A stretch of DNA of 64,000 bases from contig NC_057753.1 of NCBI RefSeq assembly GCF_004010195.1, positions 1,749,930 through 1,813,929 of the forward strand, written 5' to 3'. Position 1 is the stretch's first letter. Every line of letters starts with the position of its first letter. The notes beneath the pieces are model-generated. The model saw only the letters and a program-made list of their open reading frames with translations. It was not told the origin of the DNA and did no database searches. Source of the DNA: Chiloscyllium plagiosum. Its lineage: Eukaryota. Made by a program: the position numbers and the translations under genes. Shown here one piece after another: positions 24,371-37,959 of this stretch.

Positions 24371-27300
24371 TCGACCATTGGGATACCTTCTGGGGAAGAT
24401 GGGACCTGTACATGAAGGATTGCACCTGAACTGGAGGGGTACCAAATGTCCGGGGTGGGATATTTGCTCATGTGATTCGGGAAGGTTTAAACTAATTTGG
24501 CAGGGGGGTGGGAATCAGAGCCACATGTCTGAGAGGGGGTCAGTTGCAGACGTGACAGTAAGAGGAAATATTGAAGCTAACTGGAAGGTTTCTCACCCGA
24601 TGAAACAAAGGGGTCGGTTAAAGTGTGTATGCTTTAATGCAAGGAGTGTCCAAAATAAGAGTGACGAACTTAGAGCATGGATCAGTACTTGGGACTACGG
24701 TGTTGTGGCCAAAACGGAGACGTGGGTTTCACTTGGGCAGGAATGGTGTCTTGATGTTCCAGGGTTTAGAACGTTTAAAAAGAACAGGGAGGGTGGAAAA
24801 AGAGGAGGGGGTGTAACATTGCTAATCAGAGAGTGCATCACAGCTACAGAAACGAAGGTTGTTGAGAAAGGTTTGTCTACTGAGTCAGTATGGGTGGAAG
24901 TTAGGAACAGCAAGGAAACAGCCACGCATTGGGGTTTTTCTACAGACCACCTAATAGCAGTAGAGAGATTGAAGATCTCATAGGCGTGCAGATTCTGGAA
25001 AAATGCAAAAGTAGTAGCGTTATTGTTATGGGTGATTTCAACGTTCCCAGTATTGACTGGAACCTCCTAAGTGTAGATGGTTTGGATGGAGCCAATTTTG
25101 ACAGGTGTGTTCAGGAGGGTTTCCATCCTCAGTATGTCGACAGACCGACGAGGGGAGAGGGCATTTTGGATTTGGTTCTCAGCAAAGAACCAGGACAGGT
25201 GTCAGATCTCGCGGTGGGAAAGCACTTTGGTGACAGTGATCACAATTGCTTCACATTTAGCATAGCCTTGCAAAGTGAAAGGAGTACTTACCGAGGGAAG
25301 ATATTCAATTGGGTGAAAGGAAATTGTGACGCTATCAGACAGGAGTTGGGAAGTATAGACTGGGAGCAATTGTGCCACAGAAAGGGCACAACAGACATGT
25401 GGAGACTATTTAAGAAGCAGTTGTTGCGAGAGATGCACAAATTTGTTCCTCTGAGGCAGGTAGGAAAGGTAAGATTGAGGAACCTTGGATGACCAGAACA
25501 GAGGAACTTCTCGTCAAAATGAAGAAGGCAGTTTAAGGTGGAGGAAACAAGGATCTAGCACAGCTTTAGAGGATTACAGGCTTTCTAGTAAGGAGCTCAG
25601 AAATGGACTGAGGAGAGCCAGGAGTGGGTTCGAAAAAGGCTTGGCAAGAAGGATTAGGGAGAACCCAAAGGCGTTTTACTCATAGGTGAGGAATAAGAGA
25701 ATGATCAGGGAGAAAGTAGGGCCGATCAGGGATAGCAGAGGGAACTTGTGCATGGAGTCTGAGCAGATAGTGGAAGCCCTAAATGAGTTTTATTTGCTTC
25801 GGTTTTCACCAAGGAAAGGGACCTTGTTGTAAATGAAAATTTAGAGGAGGTGGGATACAGTCTTGACCAGATCAAGATTGATGAAGTTGATGTGCGAGAA
25901 ATGTTTGAAAGCATTAAGATTGATAAGTCCCCAGGGCCAGACCAGATTTATCCTAGGCTGCTCTGGGAAGCGAGAAAGGAGGTTGCTAAGCCGTTAGCGA
26001 GGATATTTGCCTCCTCACTCTCCACGGGAGTCGTACTGGAGGATTGGAAGGAGGCGAATGTTGTTCCTCTTTTCAAGAACAGTAATAGGGAAATCGCTGG
26101 CAATTACAGACCAGACAGTCTTATGTCTGGGGTCAGCAAAGTTTTGGAAAGTATTCTGAGGGATAGGATTTATGACTATTTAGCAAAGCATAGTGTGATT
26201 AAAGGCAGTCAGCATGGCTTTGTGAGGTGCAGGTCATGCTGCACAAATCTTATTGTGTTCTTTGAGGAGGTGTCAAGACAAGTCGACGACGGCCGAACAC
26301 TGAATGTGGTGTTTATGGATTTCAGCAAGGCATTTGATAGGGTTCCCCATGGTAGGCTCATTCATAATGTAGGAAGTATGGGATACAGGGAGATTTGGCT
26401 ATCTGGATTCAGAACTGGCTGGCTGACAGGAGGCTAAGAGTGGTTGCCAATGGAAAGCATTCTGCCTGGAGAACAGTGTTGAGTGAGGTCCCGCAGGGCT
26501 CTGTACTTGGGCCTCTGCTATTTGTAGTTTTTAATAAGGATGAGGAGGTTGAGGGGTGGTTTAGTAAATTTGCAGATGACACAAAGTTTGGAGGTGTCGT
26601 CAATAGTATAGAGGGCTACTGCAGACTGCAGCGCAACATAGACAGAATGCAGAGCTGGGCTGAGAAATGGCAGATGGAGTTCAACCTGGATAAATGCGAA
26701 GTGATGCATTTTGGAAGGTCGAACTCAAATGCTGAATATAGGACGAATGACAGGATTCTTGGCAGTGTGGAGGAACAGAGGGTTCTGGGTGTGCAAGTAT
26801 ATAGATTCCTTAAAGTTGCCACCCAAGTCGATAGGGTTGTTAAGAAAGCATGTGTTGTTTTGTCTTTCATCAACAGAGGGATAGGTTTTGCTGCAGCTCT
26901 ACAAGTCCCTGGTAAGGCCACATTTGGAATATTGTGTCCAGTTCTGGTCGCCCTTCTATAGGAAAAATACAGAGGCTTGGAGGGGGTACCAGGATGTTGC
27001 TTGGATTGGAGGGCTTGTCTTATGAAGAATGGTTGAATAAGCCCGAACTTTTCTCTCTGGAGAGAAGGAGGAAGCGAGGAGACCTGATCGACGTGTACAA
27101 AGTAATGAGAAGAATAGATAGAGTCAATAGCCAGATACTTTTCCCAGGGCAGGGTTGACTGGTACGAGAAGTCATAGTTTGAAGATATTAGGAGGACGGT
27201 ATAAAGGAGATGTCAGAGGTAGGTTTTTTTACACAGAGAGTTGTGAATGCATGGAATGCGTTACCAGCAGTGGAGGTGGAAGCAGAGTCATTGGGGACAT

Positions 27301-27448
27301 TTAAGCGACTGCTGGACATGCACATGGATAGCAGTGAGTTGAGGAGTGTGTAGGTTGTTACTATATTTTACATTAGGATTAAATCTCGGCACAAAATCTT
27401 GGGCCAAAGGGCCTGTTCTGTGCTGTACCTTTCTATGTTCTATGTTCT
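24371..27448 (+). mobile_element. Young 5'-truncated CR1 LINE (end of ORF1, APE endonuclease and RT), disrupted
   Basis: GLHLNWRGT (ORF1 end), [60 protein letters not shown]; (TTCTATG)n tail; TSD AATTCC at 24365-24370 and 27449-27454. Confidence 0.95.
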
Positions 27449-30400
27449 AATTCCGTTGGCCTTATTGATGATTTTGTGCAACTGTTCGTGGCATTTTAAA
27501 GAACACCCAAATCTCACCGGACATCCACTGCATTTAATTACATGTTTTCTAAAATAAAAATACAAATACTTCTGAAAAAGAAAACTGACGCTGTCTTCTA
27601 TCGAAGAAGAAAATTATCTCCCTAAAACGTTTCCTTGAAGGCGTGAGCACAGAATTAATTTGATGCATTTTTTACTCGAACTTCCATGAAAGTTGAAGCG
27701 ATAGACATTCTGCATGGTTATTTGAGATGAATTAATAACTTAACTGTAATCTTCATGAAATAAAATTTCAATGTTAAATTATGTAGTTAAACACAGTATT
27801 AATTACAAAACGATCGATTACATTTTCTTCCATCTGGTAGTTTCTGATTTCGTGTAGACTCGAGATTTCACATTTTTTGCAACGAATTAACTAGGTAAAT
27901 TTCATTGGTTCTCATTTTACTTTTGAGAGGTATCGAAATGCTCTCTCGACTAAGCAATCTGTCTCTAGATTTACAGCGCTCCCAAACTTTTCAGCGCATC
28001 TTCCCTCATTTATAACACCTGTCTCTCTTTGCCTTCTCTTTCTCAACTTTGTGGATTTCCATCCCCCTGGCCTGCCAGTCCTGTTTCACATCACAACGCG
28101 GCTACCTTGGGATCTTTGCTGTCACACTACTTCCAGAACTCCTGACTGTTGCTACTTATCTTCTCACTGACACCTCTTTCAGATGTTTGCTGCTCATAGG
28201 CAAGTTGAAGTATCTGTCTACTCTTCTAACATTTCTGTTTGGTTGCCACCCAAATGAATTTTCCTGAGAGTTTTGATGGCTTTCAGGCATGCATTTGCCC
28301 ACTNNNNNNNNNNNNNNNNNNNNNNNNNNNNNNNNNNNNNNNNNNNNNNNNNNNNNNNNNNNNNNNNNNNNNNNNNNNNNNNNNNNNNNNNNNNNNNNNN
28401 NNNNNNNNNNNNNNNNNNNNNNNNNNNNNNNNNNNNNNNNNNNNNNNNNNNNNNNNNNNNNNNNNNNNNNNNNNNNNNNNNNNNNNNNNNNNNNNNNNNN
28501 NNNNNNNNNNNNNNAACAAAGGGATCGGTTAAAGTGTGTATGCTTTAATGCAAGGAGTGTCCGAAATAAGAGTGACGAACTTAGAGCATGGATCAGCGCT
28601 TGGGACTACGATGTTGTGGCCATAACGGAGACTGGGTTTCACTGGGGCAGGAATGGTTGCTTGATGTTCCAGGGTTTAGAACGTTTAAAAAGAACAGGGA
28701 GGGTGGAAAAAGAGGAGGGGGTGTAACATTGCTAATCAGAGAGTGCATCACAGCTACAGAAACGAAGGTTGTTGAGGAAGGTTTGTCTACTGAGTCAATA
28801 TGGGTGGAAGTTAGGGACAGCAAGGAAACAGCCACCGCTTTGGGGGTTTTCTACAGACCACCTAATAGCAGTAGAGAGATTGAAGATCTCATAGGCGTGC
28901 AGATTCTGGAAAAATGCAAAAGTAGTAGCGTTGTTGTTATGGCTGATTTCAACGTTCTCAGTATTGACTGGAACCTCCTAAGTGTAGATGGTTTGGATGG
29001 AGCCAATTTTGACAGGTGCGGTCAGGAGGGTTTCCTTCCTCAGTATGTCGACAGACCGACGAGGGGAGAGGCCATTTTGGATTTGCTGCTCAGCAACGAG
29101 CCAGGAAAGGTGTCAGATCTCGCGGTGGGAAAGCACTTTGGTGACATTGATCACAATTAATTCACATTTAGCATAGCCTTGCAAAGTGAAAGGAGTAATT
29201 ACCGAGGGAAGATATTCAATTGGGTAAAAGGAAATTGTGACGCTATCAGACAGAAGTTGGGAAGTATAGACTGGGAGCAATTGTTCTACAGAAAGGGCAC
29301 AACAGACATGTGGAGACTATTTAAGGAACAGTTGTTGCGAGTGATGCACAAATTTGTTCCTCTGAGGCAGGTAGGAAGAGGTAAGATTGAGGAACCTTGG
29401 ATGACGAGAACAGAGGAACTTCTCGTCAAAATGAAGAAGGCAGTTTATGTAAGGTGGAGGAAACAATGAACTAGCACAGCTTTAGAGGATTACAGGCTTT
29501 CTAGTAAGGAGCTCAGAAATGGACTGAGGAGAGCCAGGAGTGGGCTCGAAAAAGGCTTGGCAAGAAGGATTAGGGAGAACCCAAAGGCGCTTTACTCAGA
29601 GGCGAGGAATAAGAGAATGATCAGGGAGAAAGTAAGACCGATCAGGGATAGTGGAGGGAATTTGTGCGTGGAGTCTGAGCAGATAGGGGAAGCCCGAAAT
29701 GAGATTTTTCCTTCGGTTTTCACCAAGGAAAGGGAACTTGTTATAAATGAAAATTTAGAGGAGCTGGGATATAGTCTTGGCCAGATCAAGATTGATGAAG
29801 TTGATGTGCGCGAAATGTTTGAAAACATTAAGATTGGTAAGTCCCCAGGGCCAGACCAGATTTATCCTAGGCTGCTCTGGAAATCGAGAAAGGAGGTTGC
29901 TAAGCCGTTAGCGAGGATATTTGCCTCCTCACTCTCCACGGGAGTCGTACTGGAGGATTGGAAGGAGGCGAATGTTGTTCCTCTTTTCAAGAACAGTAAT
30001 AGGGAAATCGCTGGCAATTACAAACCAGTCAGTCTTATGTCTGGGGTCAGCAAAGTTTTGGAAAGAATTCTGAGGGATAGGATTTATGACTATTTGGCAA
30101 AGCATAGTGTGATTAAAGGCAGTCAGCATGGTTTTGTGAGGTGCAGGTCATGCCGCACAAATCTTATTGTGTTCTTTGAGGAGGTGTCAAGACAGGTCGA
30201 CGACGACCGAACACTGGATGTGGTGTTTATGGATTTCAGCAAGGCATTTGATAGGGTTCCCATGGTAGGCTCATTCATAATGTAGGAAGTATGGGATACA
30301 GGGAGATTTGGCTATCTGGATTCAGAACTGGCTGGCTGACAGGAGGCTGAGAGTGGTTGCCAATGGAACGCTTTCTGCCTGGAGGACAGTGTTGAGTGGG

Positions 30401-32210
30401 GTCCCGCAGGGCTCTGTACTTGGGCCTCTGCTCTTTGTAGTTTTTATAAGGATGAGGAGGTTGAGGAGTGGGTTAGTAAATTTTCAGATGACACAAAGGT
30501 TGGAGGTGTCGTCGATAGTATAGAGGGCTACTGCAGCGCAACATAGACAGAATGCAGAGCTGGGCTGAGAAATGACAGATGGAGTTCAATATGGATAAAT
30601 GCGAAGTGATGCATTTTGGAAGGTCAAACTCAAATGCTGAATATAGGACGAACGACAGGATTCTTTTGCAGTGTGGAGGAACAGAGGGTTCTGGGTATGC
30701 AAGTATATAGATTCCTTAAAGTTGCCAACCAAGTCGATAGGGTTGTTAAGAAAGCATGTGGTGTTTTGGCTTTCATCAACAGAGGGATAGGTTTTGCTGC
30801 AGCTCTACAAGTCCCTGGTGAGGCCACATTTGGAATATTGTGTCCAGTTCTGGTCGCCCTACTATAGGAAAAATACAGAGGCTTGGAGAGGGTACCAGGA
30901 TGTTGCTTGGATTGGAGGGCTTGTCTTATGAAGAAAGGTTGAATAAGCTCGGACTTTTCTCTCTGGAGAGAAGGAGGAAGCGAGGAGACTTGATCGAGGT
31001 ATACAAAGTAATGAGAGGAATAGATAGAGTCAATAGCCAGATACTTTTCCCAGGGCAGGGTTGACTGGTATGAGAAGTCATAGTTTGAAGATATTAGGAG
31101 GACGGTATAAAGGAGATGTCAGAGGTAGGTTTTTTTTACACAGAGAGTTGTGAATGCATGGAATGCGTTACCAGCAGTGGTGGTGGAAGCAGAGTCATTG
31201 GGGACATTTAAGCGACTGCTGGACTTGCACATGTATAGCAGTGAGTTGAGGAGTGTGTAGGTTGTTCCTATATTTTACGTTAGGATTAAATCTCGGCACA
31301 ACATCTTGAGCCAAAGGGCCTGTTCTGTGCTGTACTTTTCTATGTTCTATGTTCTAATTCCATTGGCCTTATTGATGATTTTGTGCAACTGTTCGTGTCA
31401 TTTTAAAGAACACCCAAATCTCACTGGACATCCACTGCATTTAATTACATGTTTTCGAAAATAAAAATACAAATACTTCTGAAAAAGAAAACTGACGCTG
31501 TCTTCTATCGAAGGAGAAAATTATCTCCCTAAAACGTTTCCTTGAAGGCGTGAGTACAGAATTAATTTGATACATTTTCAACTCGAATTTCCATGAAACT
31601 GAAGCGATAGAAATTCTGCATGGTTATTTGAGATGAATTAATAACTTAACTGTAATCTTCATGAAATAAAATTTCAATGTTAAATTATGTAGTTAAACAC
31701 AGTATTAATTACAAAACGATCGATTACATTTTCTTCCATCTGGTAGTTTCTGATTTCGTGTAGAGTCAAGATTTCACATTCTTTTGCAAAGAATTAACTA
31801 GGTAAATTTCATTGGTTCTCATTTTACTTTTGAGAGGTATCGAAATGCTCTCTCGACTAAGCAATCTGTCTCTAGATTTACAGCGCTCCCAAACTTTTCA
31901 GCGCATCTTCCCTCATTTATAACACCTGTCTCTCTTTGCCTTCTCTTTCTCAACTTTGTGGATTTCCATCCCCCTGGCCTGCCAGTCCTGTTTCACATCA
32001 CAACGCGGCTACCTTGGGATCTTTGCTGTCACACTACTTCCAGAACTCCTGACTGTTGCTACTTATCTTCTCACTGACACCTCTTTCAGATGTTTGTTGC
32101 TCATAGGCAAGTTGAAGTATCTGTCTACTCTTCTAACATTTCTGTTTGGTTGCCACCCAAATGAATTTTCCTGAGAGTTTTGATGGCTTTCAGGCATGCA
32201 TTTGCCCACT
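24604..32210. repeat. ~3.7 kb near-identical direct duplication around a 211-N gap (28304-28514)
   Basis: 24604-28303 matches 28515-32210, including the non-LINE flank. Confidence 0.95.
28515..31355 (+). mobile_element. Second copy of the same CR1 insertion (part of the 3.7 kb duplication)
   Basis: Near-identical to 24604-27448, with the same 3' flank. Confidence 0.93.
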
Positions 32211-33684
32211 CTTCGATGGAGTTTAGATGTTGCATAACAGTTGCATTAATACTGTGAATTTTTAAGTCATGCTGATTGATCTTTGTTTACCTTGACTGTC
32301 GCATTGATTACAGTCTATAATTCCCTGCATGTTTGGAAGCTTTCGATATTTATATTGCAGTACAACATGAGTTAGGGCTCAGCAATAGACCTGTAGGACC
32401 ATATATCGAGTTCCACCTTTTAATTCAGCGATTGTGCATCTTCACGCCCAACATGAATTTTCCACAATATCCCACAAGCCAAAACAAAGATGATAAGCTG
32501 CATTTATTTTTATACGAGGTGAGCAATAAATATCATGCATCGGTGAAAATATACATTCGGTTATAGTTTAATGCAGAAAGCAAGAATCCTGCATTTTCTT
32601 CAAATTTAGTTGGTCGCTTTAAACAATAATTCGAAACGGAGCAACTTTCGTCTTCAAAGGCAACCCGTTCGCATTTTACAACTTCTGGCCCCTTCAGCAG
32701 CTCATCGGGTAAACAACAGGGATGATATATTTACATACACAGATGAACCAAGTGTCTTGGGCTCTCAAAGATTCACGACATTGATGTGTGCTCCGAAAGC
32801 TGAGAAAACCAAAGTTATATTTTATATCTAAAATGACAAAGGTGCTACTAAATGATTTTCTGTCCTTTTTGCTAAAATATTTCTTAATGAAAGTGAAGCA
32901 ATTCAGCTGTGATCAAATGCCTTCTTTCTCTTTCAGTAAATAGCAAGTTACATTCAGGCGTCAGAATGTTTCACCGCCAGTTATCAAGAAGTACAATGTG
33001 GCAGAGAAAATTAACAGCTTCTTCCACGGAGAGGACACTGCAAAGATCGATAGAATTTTGTAATTCAGATTGGACTGCCTTCAAATGTTGAAGCTAGTCA
33101 AAATAATAACTGGCAGGTCTTGCCCAGTGTGTAATTTCACTGCTTTGGAGATTATTTTCAAAGCACTCAATATCAATTCTGGCTTTTTTAAAAACTTGAA
33201 CTGTATTTCTTAACAGTTGGCATTCATAGCAGCAGCATGGGAGTCGGTTAAGCAGATTTAATGTGGACTTCTCATTAGGAAACTGTGGAGCAAAACCTAA
33301 ACCAAAATATTCACAATCATTTCTCACCAATGAGGGAGATCAACACAGAGCTCAAACTCAAAGGCAATATTCCCAAAACAATGTACACTGACTGAGATTC
33401 AGTTTTCAGGGTATGTCCAGTATAATTTCCTTCAGGACGCTCCACGTTTCTTGTAAGTTTCTGTTGAAATCTGCTGTCAACAGAATGAATTCATAATGTT
33501 CAGTTGGCCAGATTGTTGCTTAGATCACAAATGTTCAGCATGTCATTGCTCTCGACACCTTTCAGGAATATGCAGGTGTCTCCCAGGAGATTTCATAATC
33601 TGCTGCGCACATGGACATTTCCCCCTGAGTTATGCCAAACTTTGTAGTGAAACCTACATTCAATTTATTGGATTGATTTTATAA

Positions 33685-33935
33685 ATTCACAGGATGTGGA
33701 ATCGCTGTCTGAGTCGGGTTTTGTTGTCCATTTAAGAGTCATTGCTGTGGGTCTGGAGTCTCATGTCGAACGTGTAGATAAGATCAGGCAAAGACAGTAG
33801 CTTACTTCTCCAAATGCCATTCGTGAATCTGATTTTCTCACCCCACACATATTTCGTAGTTATCTTCGACACTTATTTCCAAATTTGTTATTAAATTGAA
33901 ATCCCACCAAACGCTACAGTGGGTCTAGAAACAAG
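33685..33935 (-). mobile_element. SINE-like interspersed repeat
   Basis: tttaagagtcattgctgtgggtctggagtc…aaatcccacc; paralog at ~62170-62440. Confidence 0.45.
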
Positions 33936-33949
33936 AATCTAACGCACTG

Positions 33950-34065
33950 AGAGAACACTAACCTGAACATGGGGAGAACATGAAAAATGAAATAAATCGT
34001 CTCCTGAGGTTGAGATCGAACCGAATGCCTGGCACTGTGAGGCAGCAGAGCTAAACACCATGCTT
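33950..34065 (-). mobile_element. HE1-like SINE, 5' fragment
   Basis: atggggagaacatg…ggcactgtgaggcagcagagctaaac; same position in the unit as the SINEs at 9325 and 63170. Confidence 0.65.
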
Positions 34066-34321
34066 CTTATCCCATGCTTGATTCAACCGGATGAGAGTCC
34101 AGTGAAATCAAAGGAATTAATGTTCAGATTTTGACGTCAATCATATCTTGGTCTGAACTGCATTCATTCCAACAGTTGGAATTGATTTTAACCTAAAGCT
34201 AGGAGAGAGTTTAATATTTTGGAAATCGGTTTGCTGTGTTTTGTTACCTGCCTACAACTGAAATATCTTTCTTTATATTGTCCTTAAGCTTTTGAAAGAT
34301 GAAAAGAACAATGATTAATTT

Positions 34322-34432
34322 TGTTATTGACCAGGCCAGACCCGCTGAAAACGTTTTAAGAAGGCAGCGCAGTCCCTAGCTTTTTGTTTGACATATGTAC
34401 AGTGGATAGTCCAGGGGTGATGCAGCTGGAAT
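34322..34432. mobile_element. Truncated LTR, same family as 5561-6130
   Basis: tgttattgaccaggccagac…ccaggggtgatgcagctgg aligns to 5561-5674. Confidence 0.7.
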
Positions 34433-34434
34433 GA

Positions 34435-36790
34435 CACACAACCTCATCACCCCAGGGGATCTTCCACCCACAGCTCCCAACCTCATAGTTCGGGAATGCC
34501 GTACGACCCGATTCTACCTCCTCCCCAAGATCCACAAGCCTGACTACCCTGGCTGACTCATACCTCGGTACTGTCCTATCGCCCCGGTCCAGGAACTCTC
34601 CACATACGTTTTGGACACCACCCACATCCTCTACCTCCTCCAAGACTTTTGTTTCCCAGGTCCCCAACGTCTCATTTTCAACATGGACATCTAGTCCCTC
34701 TGCATCTCAATCTGCCATAGCCAGGACCTCCAAGCCCTCCGTTTCTTCCTCTCCCGCCGTCCCCATCAGTACCCCTCCACTGACACTCTTATTCGTTTGG
34801 CTGAACTGGTCCCCACCTTCAGCAATTTCTCCTTCGAATCTTCCCACTTCCTCCAGACTAAAGGGGTAGGCATGGGCACCCGCACGGACCCCAGCTATGT
34901 CCATCTCTTTGTTGGCTACATAGAACAGGCCATCTTCCCGAGTTACACCGGCACCACTCCCCAGGGTTTTCTCCGTTACATTGATGTCTGCATTGGCGTC
35001 ACTTCGTGCACCCACGAGGAGGTGAACAGTTCATCAACTTCACCAGCACATTCCACCACGACCATAAATTCACCTGGACCACAGTTGACACCTCCCTCCT
35101 CTTCCTGGATCTCTCCATCTCCATCAACGATGACTGACTCAACAATGACATTCTATACAAACCCAAGCAGAAGTGAGGACTGCAGATGCTGGAAACCAGA
35201 GTTAGGTTTAGAGTGGTGCTGATAAAGCACAGCAGATCAGGCAGCGTCCAAGGAGCAGGAAAATCGACATTTTGAGCAAAAGCCCTTCATCAGGAATGGA
35301 GGCAGGGAGCCTTTAGGATGGAGAGATAAGTGCGGTGGGGGTGGGGGTGGGGAGAAGGCAGCAAAGAGTACAAAATGTGAATGAAGTAGGGATGGAGGTG
35401 ATAGGTCAGAGAGGAGGGTGGGGGAAGGTAGCAAAGAGTACAATAGGTGAATGGGGTGGTGATGGAGGTGATAGGTCACAGGGGAAGGTGGAGCGGTTAG
35501 GTGGGAAAGGAGAGTGGCAGGTAGGACGCGTCATGAGGACAGTGCTGAGCTGGAAGATTGGAACTGGGGTAAGGTGAGAGGAGGGGAAATGAGGAAACTG
35601 GTGAGGTCCACAAAACCCACGACTCCCACAGCTACCTGGATTACACCTGCTCCCACCCTACCTCCTGCAAAAATGATATCCCATATTCCCACTTCCTCTG
35701 CCTCCGCTGCACCTGTTCCAAGGGGAACAGTTCCACCACAGAACACAAGAGCTAGCCTCCTTCTTTAAAGACTGCAATTTCCCCTCCCACCTGGTTGAAG
35801 ATGCCCTCCAATGCATCTCATCCCCGCACCTCTGCTCTCGAAACTCACCCCTCCAACAGCAACAAGGGCAGAACGCCCCTGGCCCTTACCTATCACCCCA
35901 TCGCCTTCTCATAAATCGCCGACATTACCGTCACCTTCAAACGAACCCCGCCACCAGGGATATATTTTCCTTCCTACCCCTATCTGGTTTCTGCAAAGAC
36001 CTAGTCAGGTCCGCGCCCCATAACAACCCACCTTCCCCTCCTGGGATCTTTTCCTGCCACCGCAGGAGTTGCAAAACCTGCGCCCACACTTGCCCCCTCA
36101 ACTCTGGCCAAGGCTTCAAAGGAGGCTACCACATCCATCAAGGTTTCACCTGCACTTCCACACGTTATTTATTGCATCAGTTGCTCCCCATGCCATATCC
36201 TCTACATTGTGTGACTAGACGCTCTCTCACAGAGCACTTCAGCGAAAATCTCCAGGACACCCAAATTAATCAATACCACTGCCCCGTGGCCGAACATTTC
36301 AGCTCCCCTTCCCATCTGCCGAGGTCATGCAGCACCTGGCCCTCCTCCATCGCCACTCCCTCACCACCCGAAGTCTGGAGGAAGAACGCATCAGCTTCTG
36401 CCTCGGGACCCTTCAACCCCATTGCATCAATGTGGACTTCACCACTTTCCTCCTATCTCCTCCCCACCTTGTCACAGTTCCAACCTTCCAACTCAGCACC
36501 GTCCTCATGACCTGTCCCACCTCTCAATCTTCCTTCCCATCTATCCGCTCCACTCTCCTCTCCGACCTTTACACCCACTTCCATTGACCTATTGCACCCT
36601 CAGCTACCTTCTCCTCAGCCCCACCCCTTCCTATTTATCTCCCCTTCCTCGAGGCTGCCAGAGTCATTCCCGATGAAGGGCTTTTTCTTGTGCCGTCGAC
36701 TTTCCTACTCTTTGCACGCTGCCTGACCTGCTATACGTTTCCAACATCACTCTTATCTTCACTCTAAACTCCAGCAGCTGTAATACCCAC
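34435..36790 (+). mobile_element. Penelope-like retroelement (family 1): RT, GIY-YIG endonuclease and tail, disrupted
   Basis: FYLLPKIHKPD, FSFESSHFLQTKGVGMGT, FLRYIDV, KPTDSHSYLDYT-like segment, CKTC, FTCTS, PVAEHFSSPSH, LEEERISFCLGTLQPHCINVDF. Confidence 0.9.
35168..35609 (-). mobile_element. Antisense Penelope family 1 3' fragment nested in the same family
   Basis: Reverse complement of ~36430-36790; flanked by acaaaccca / acaaaaccca; the host RT resumes after it. Confidence 0.85.
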
Positions 36791-36794
36791 TTCC

Positions 36795-37702
36795 ACCGTG
36801 GTGTAAATGGAATTTAGTAAAGCATTTTACAAGGTTGCATATGGTAGGCTATTGCAGAATGTAAGGAGGCATGGGATTGCTTTTGTTTTAGTGGTTTGGA
36901 TCAGAAATTAGTTAGCTGGAAGAAGACAGAGGGTGCTGGTTGATAGGAAATATTCATCTTGGAGTTCAGTTACTGGTGGTGTACCGCAAGGATCTCTTTT
37001 ATGGCCACTGCTGTTTGTCATTTTTATAAATGACCTGGAAGAGACCGTAGAAGGATTGGTTAGGAAATTTGCGAATGACACCAAGATCGGTGGAGTTGTG
37101 GACCGTGCAGGAGGATGTTGTAGGTGGCAGAGGGACATAGATAAGCTGCAGAGCTGGGTTGAGAGTTGGCAAATGCAGATAAATCCGGAGAAGTGCGAGC
37201 TGATTTACTTTGGGAGGATTAAAATGAATACAGACCACTGGGTTGATGGTAAGATTCTTGATAACGTGTATGAGCTGAGAGACCTCGGTGCCCATGTGCA
37301 TAAATGCCACCAGGGCTGTTAAGAATGATTACAATGTTGAGGCTTTTATTTGCAGAGGGATTGCGTTTAGGAGCCATGAGATCATATTGCAGCTTGACAA
37401 ATCTGTGGTATGGCCGCACTTGTTGCATTGTGCACATTTCTAGTCTCTATATGATAGGAAGGATATGAAAGCATTGGAAAGGATGCAAAGTAGATTTACC
37501 AAGGTGTTGCCTGGTATGGAGGGAAGGTCTTATGAGGGAAGGCTGAGGGACTTGACGCTGTCTCGTTAGAAAGAAGAAGGTTGTTAGGTTACTTAATAGA
37601 GACATGCAAGGTGATCAGATAGAGTGGACAATGAGAGTTTCTTTCCTCGGACAGTGATGACTAGCATAAGGGGACAAAGCTTTACATTGACGGTTGACAA
37701 CG
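36795..37702 (+). mobile_element. CR1 LINE RT fragment
   Basis: [29 protein letters not shown]. Confidence 0.9.
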
Positions 37703-37871
37703 TTTAGGAGAAGATTTGTAGCTCGGGTGCTTGTTGTTGTGGTTATGTTCGCCGAGCTGGGAAGTTGCGTTGCAGACATTTCATCCCCTGTCTAGGTGAC
37801 ATCCTCAGTGCTTGGGAGCATCCTGTGAAGCTCCCAGACTTCACAGGAGGCTCCAAAGCACTGAGGATGTC
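37703..37871 (-). mobile_element. Penelope-like tail fragment with hammerhead motif and 33-bp fold-back
   Basis: Minus strand gca-CTGAGGA-tgtcacctagacaggggat-GAAAT-GTC-tgc at 37771-37811; inverted repeat 37798-37830 / 37839-37871; related to 47365-47490. Confidence 0.75.
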
Positions 37872-37959
37872 CCATACTGTACTGCGTAGTAATGTTTGAT
37901 GTTCTATGTCCAAAAAGGTTTGAATTTCATGCAATAGCTCCCTCATTGCATGGTGATGA

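Noticed and set aside
28239..28726. ORFs containing long X runs (also 8092-8289)
   Set aside because: Artefacts of N gaps.
24371..31355. Possible active LINE or domesticated reverse transcriptase gene
   Set aside because: Both copies carry frameshifts, stops and shared deletions in ORF2.
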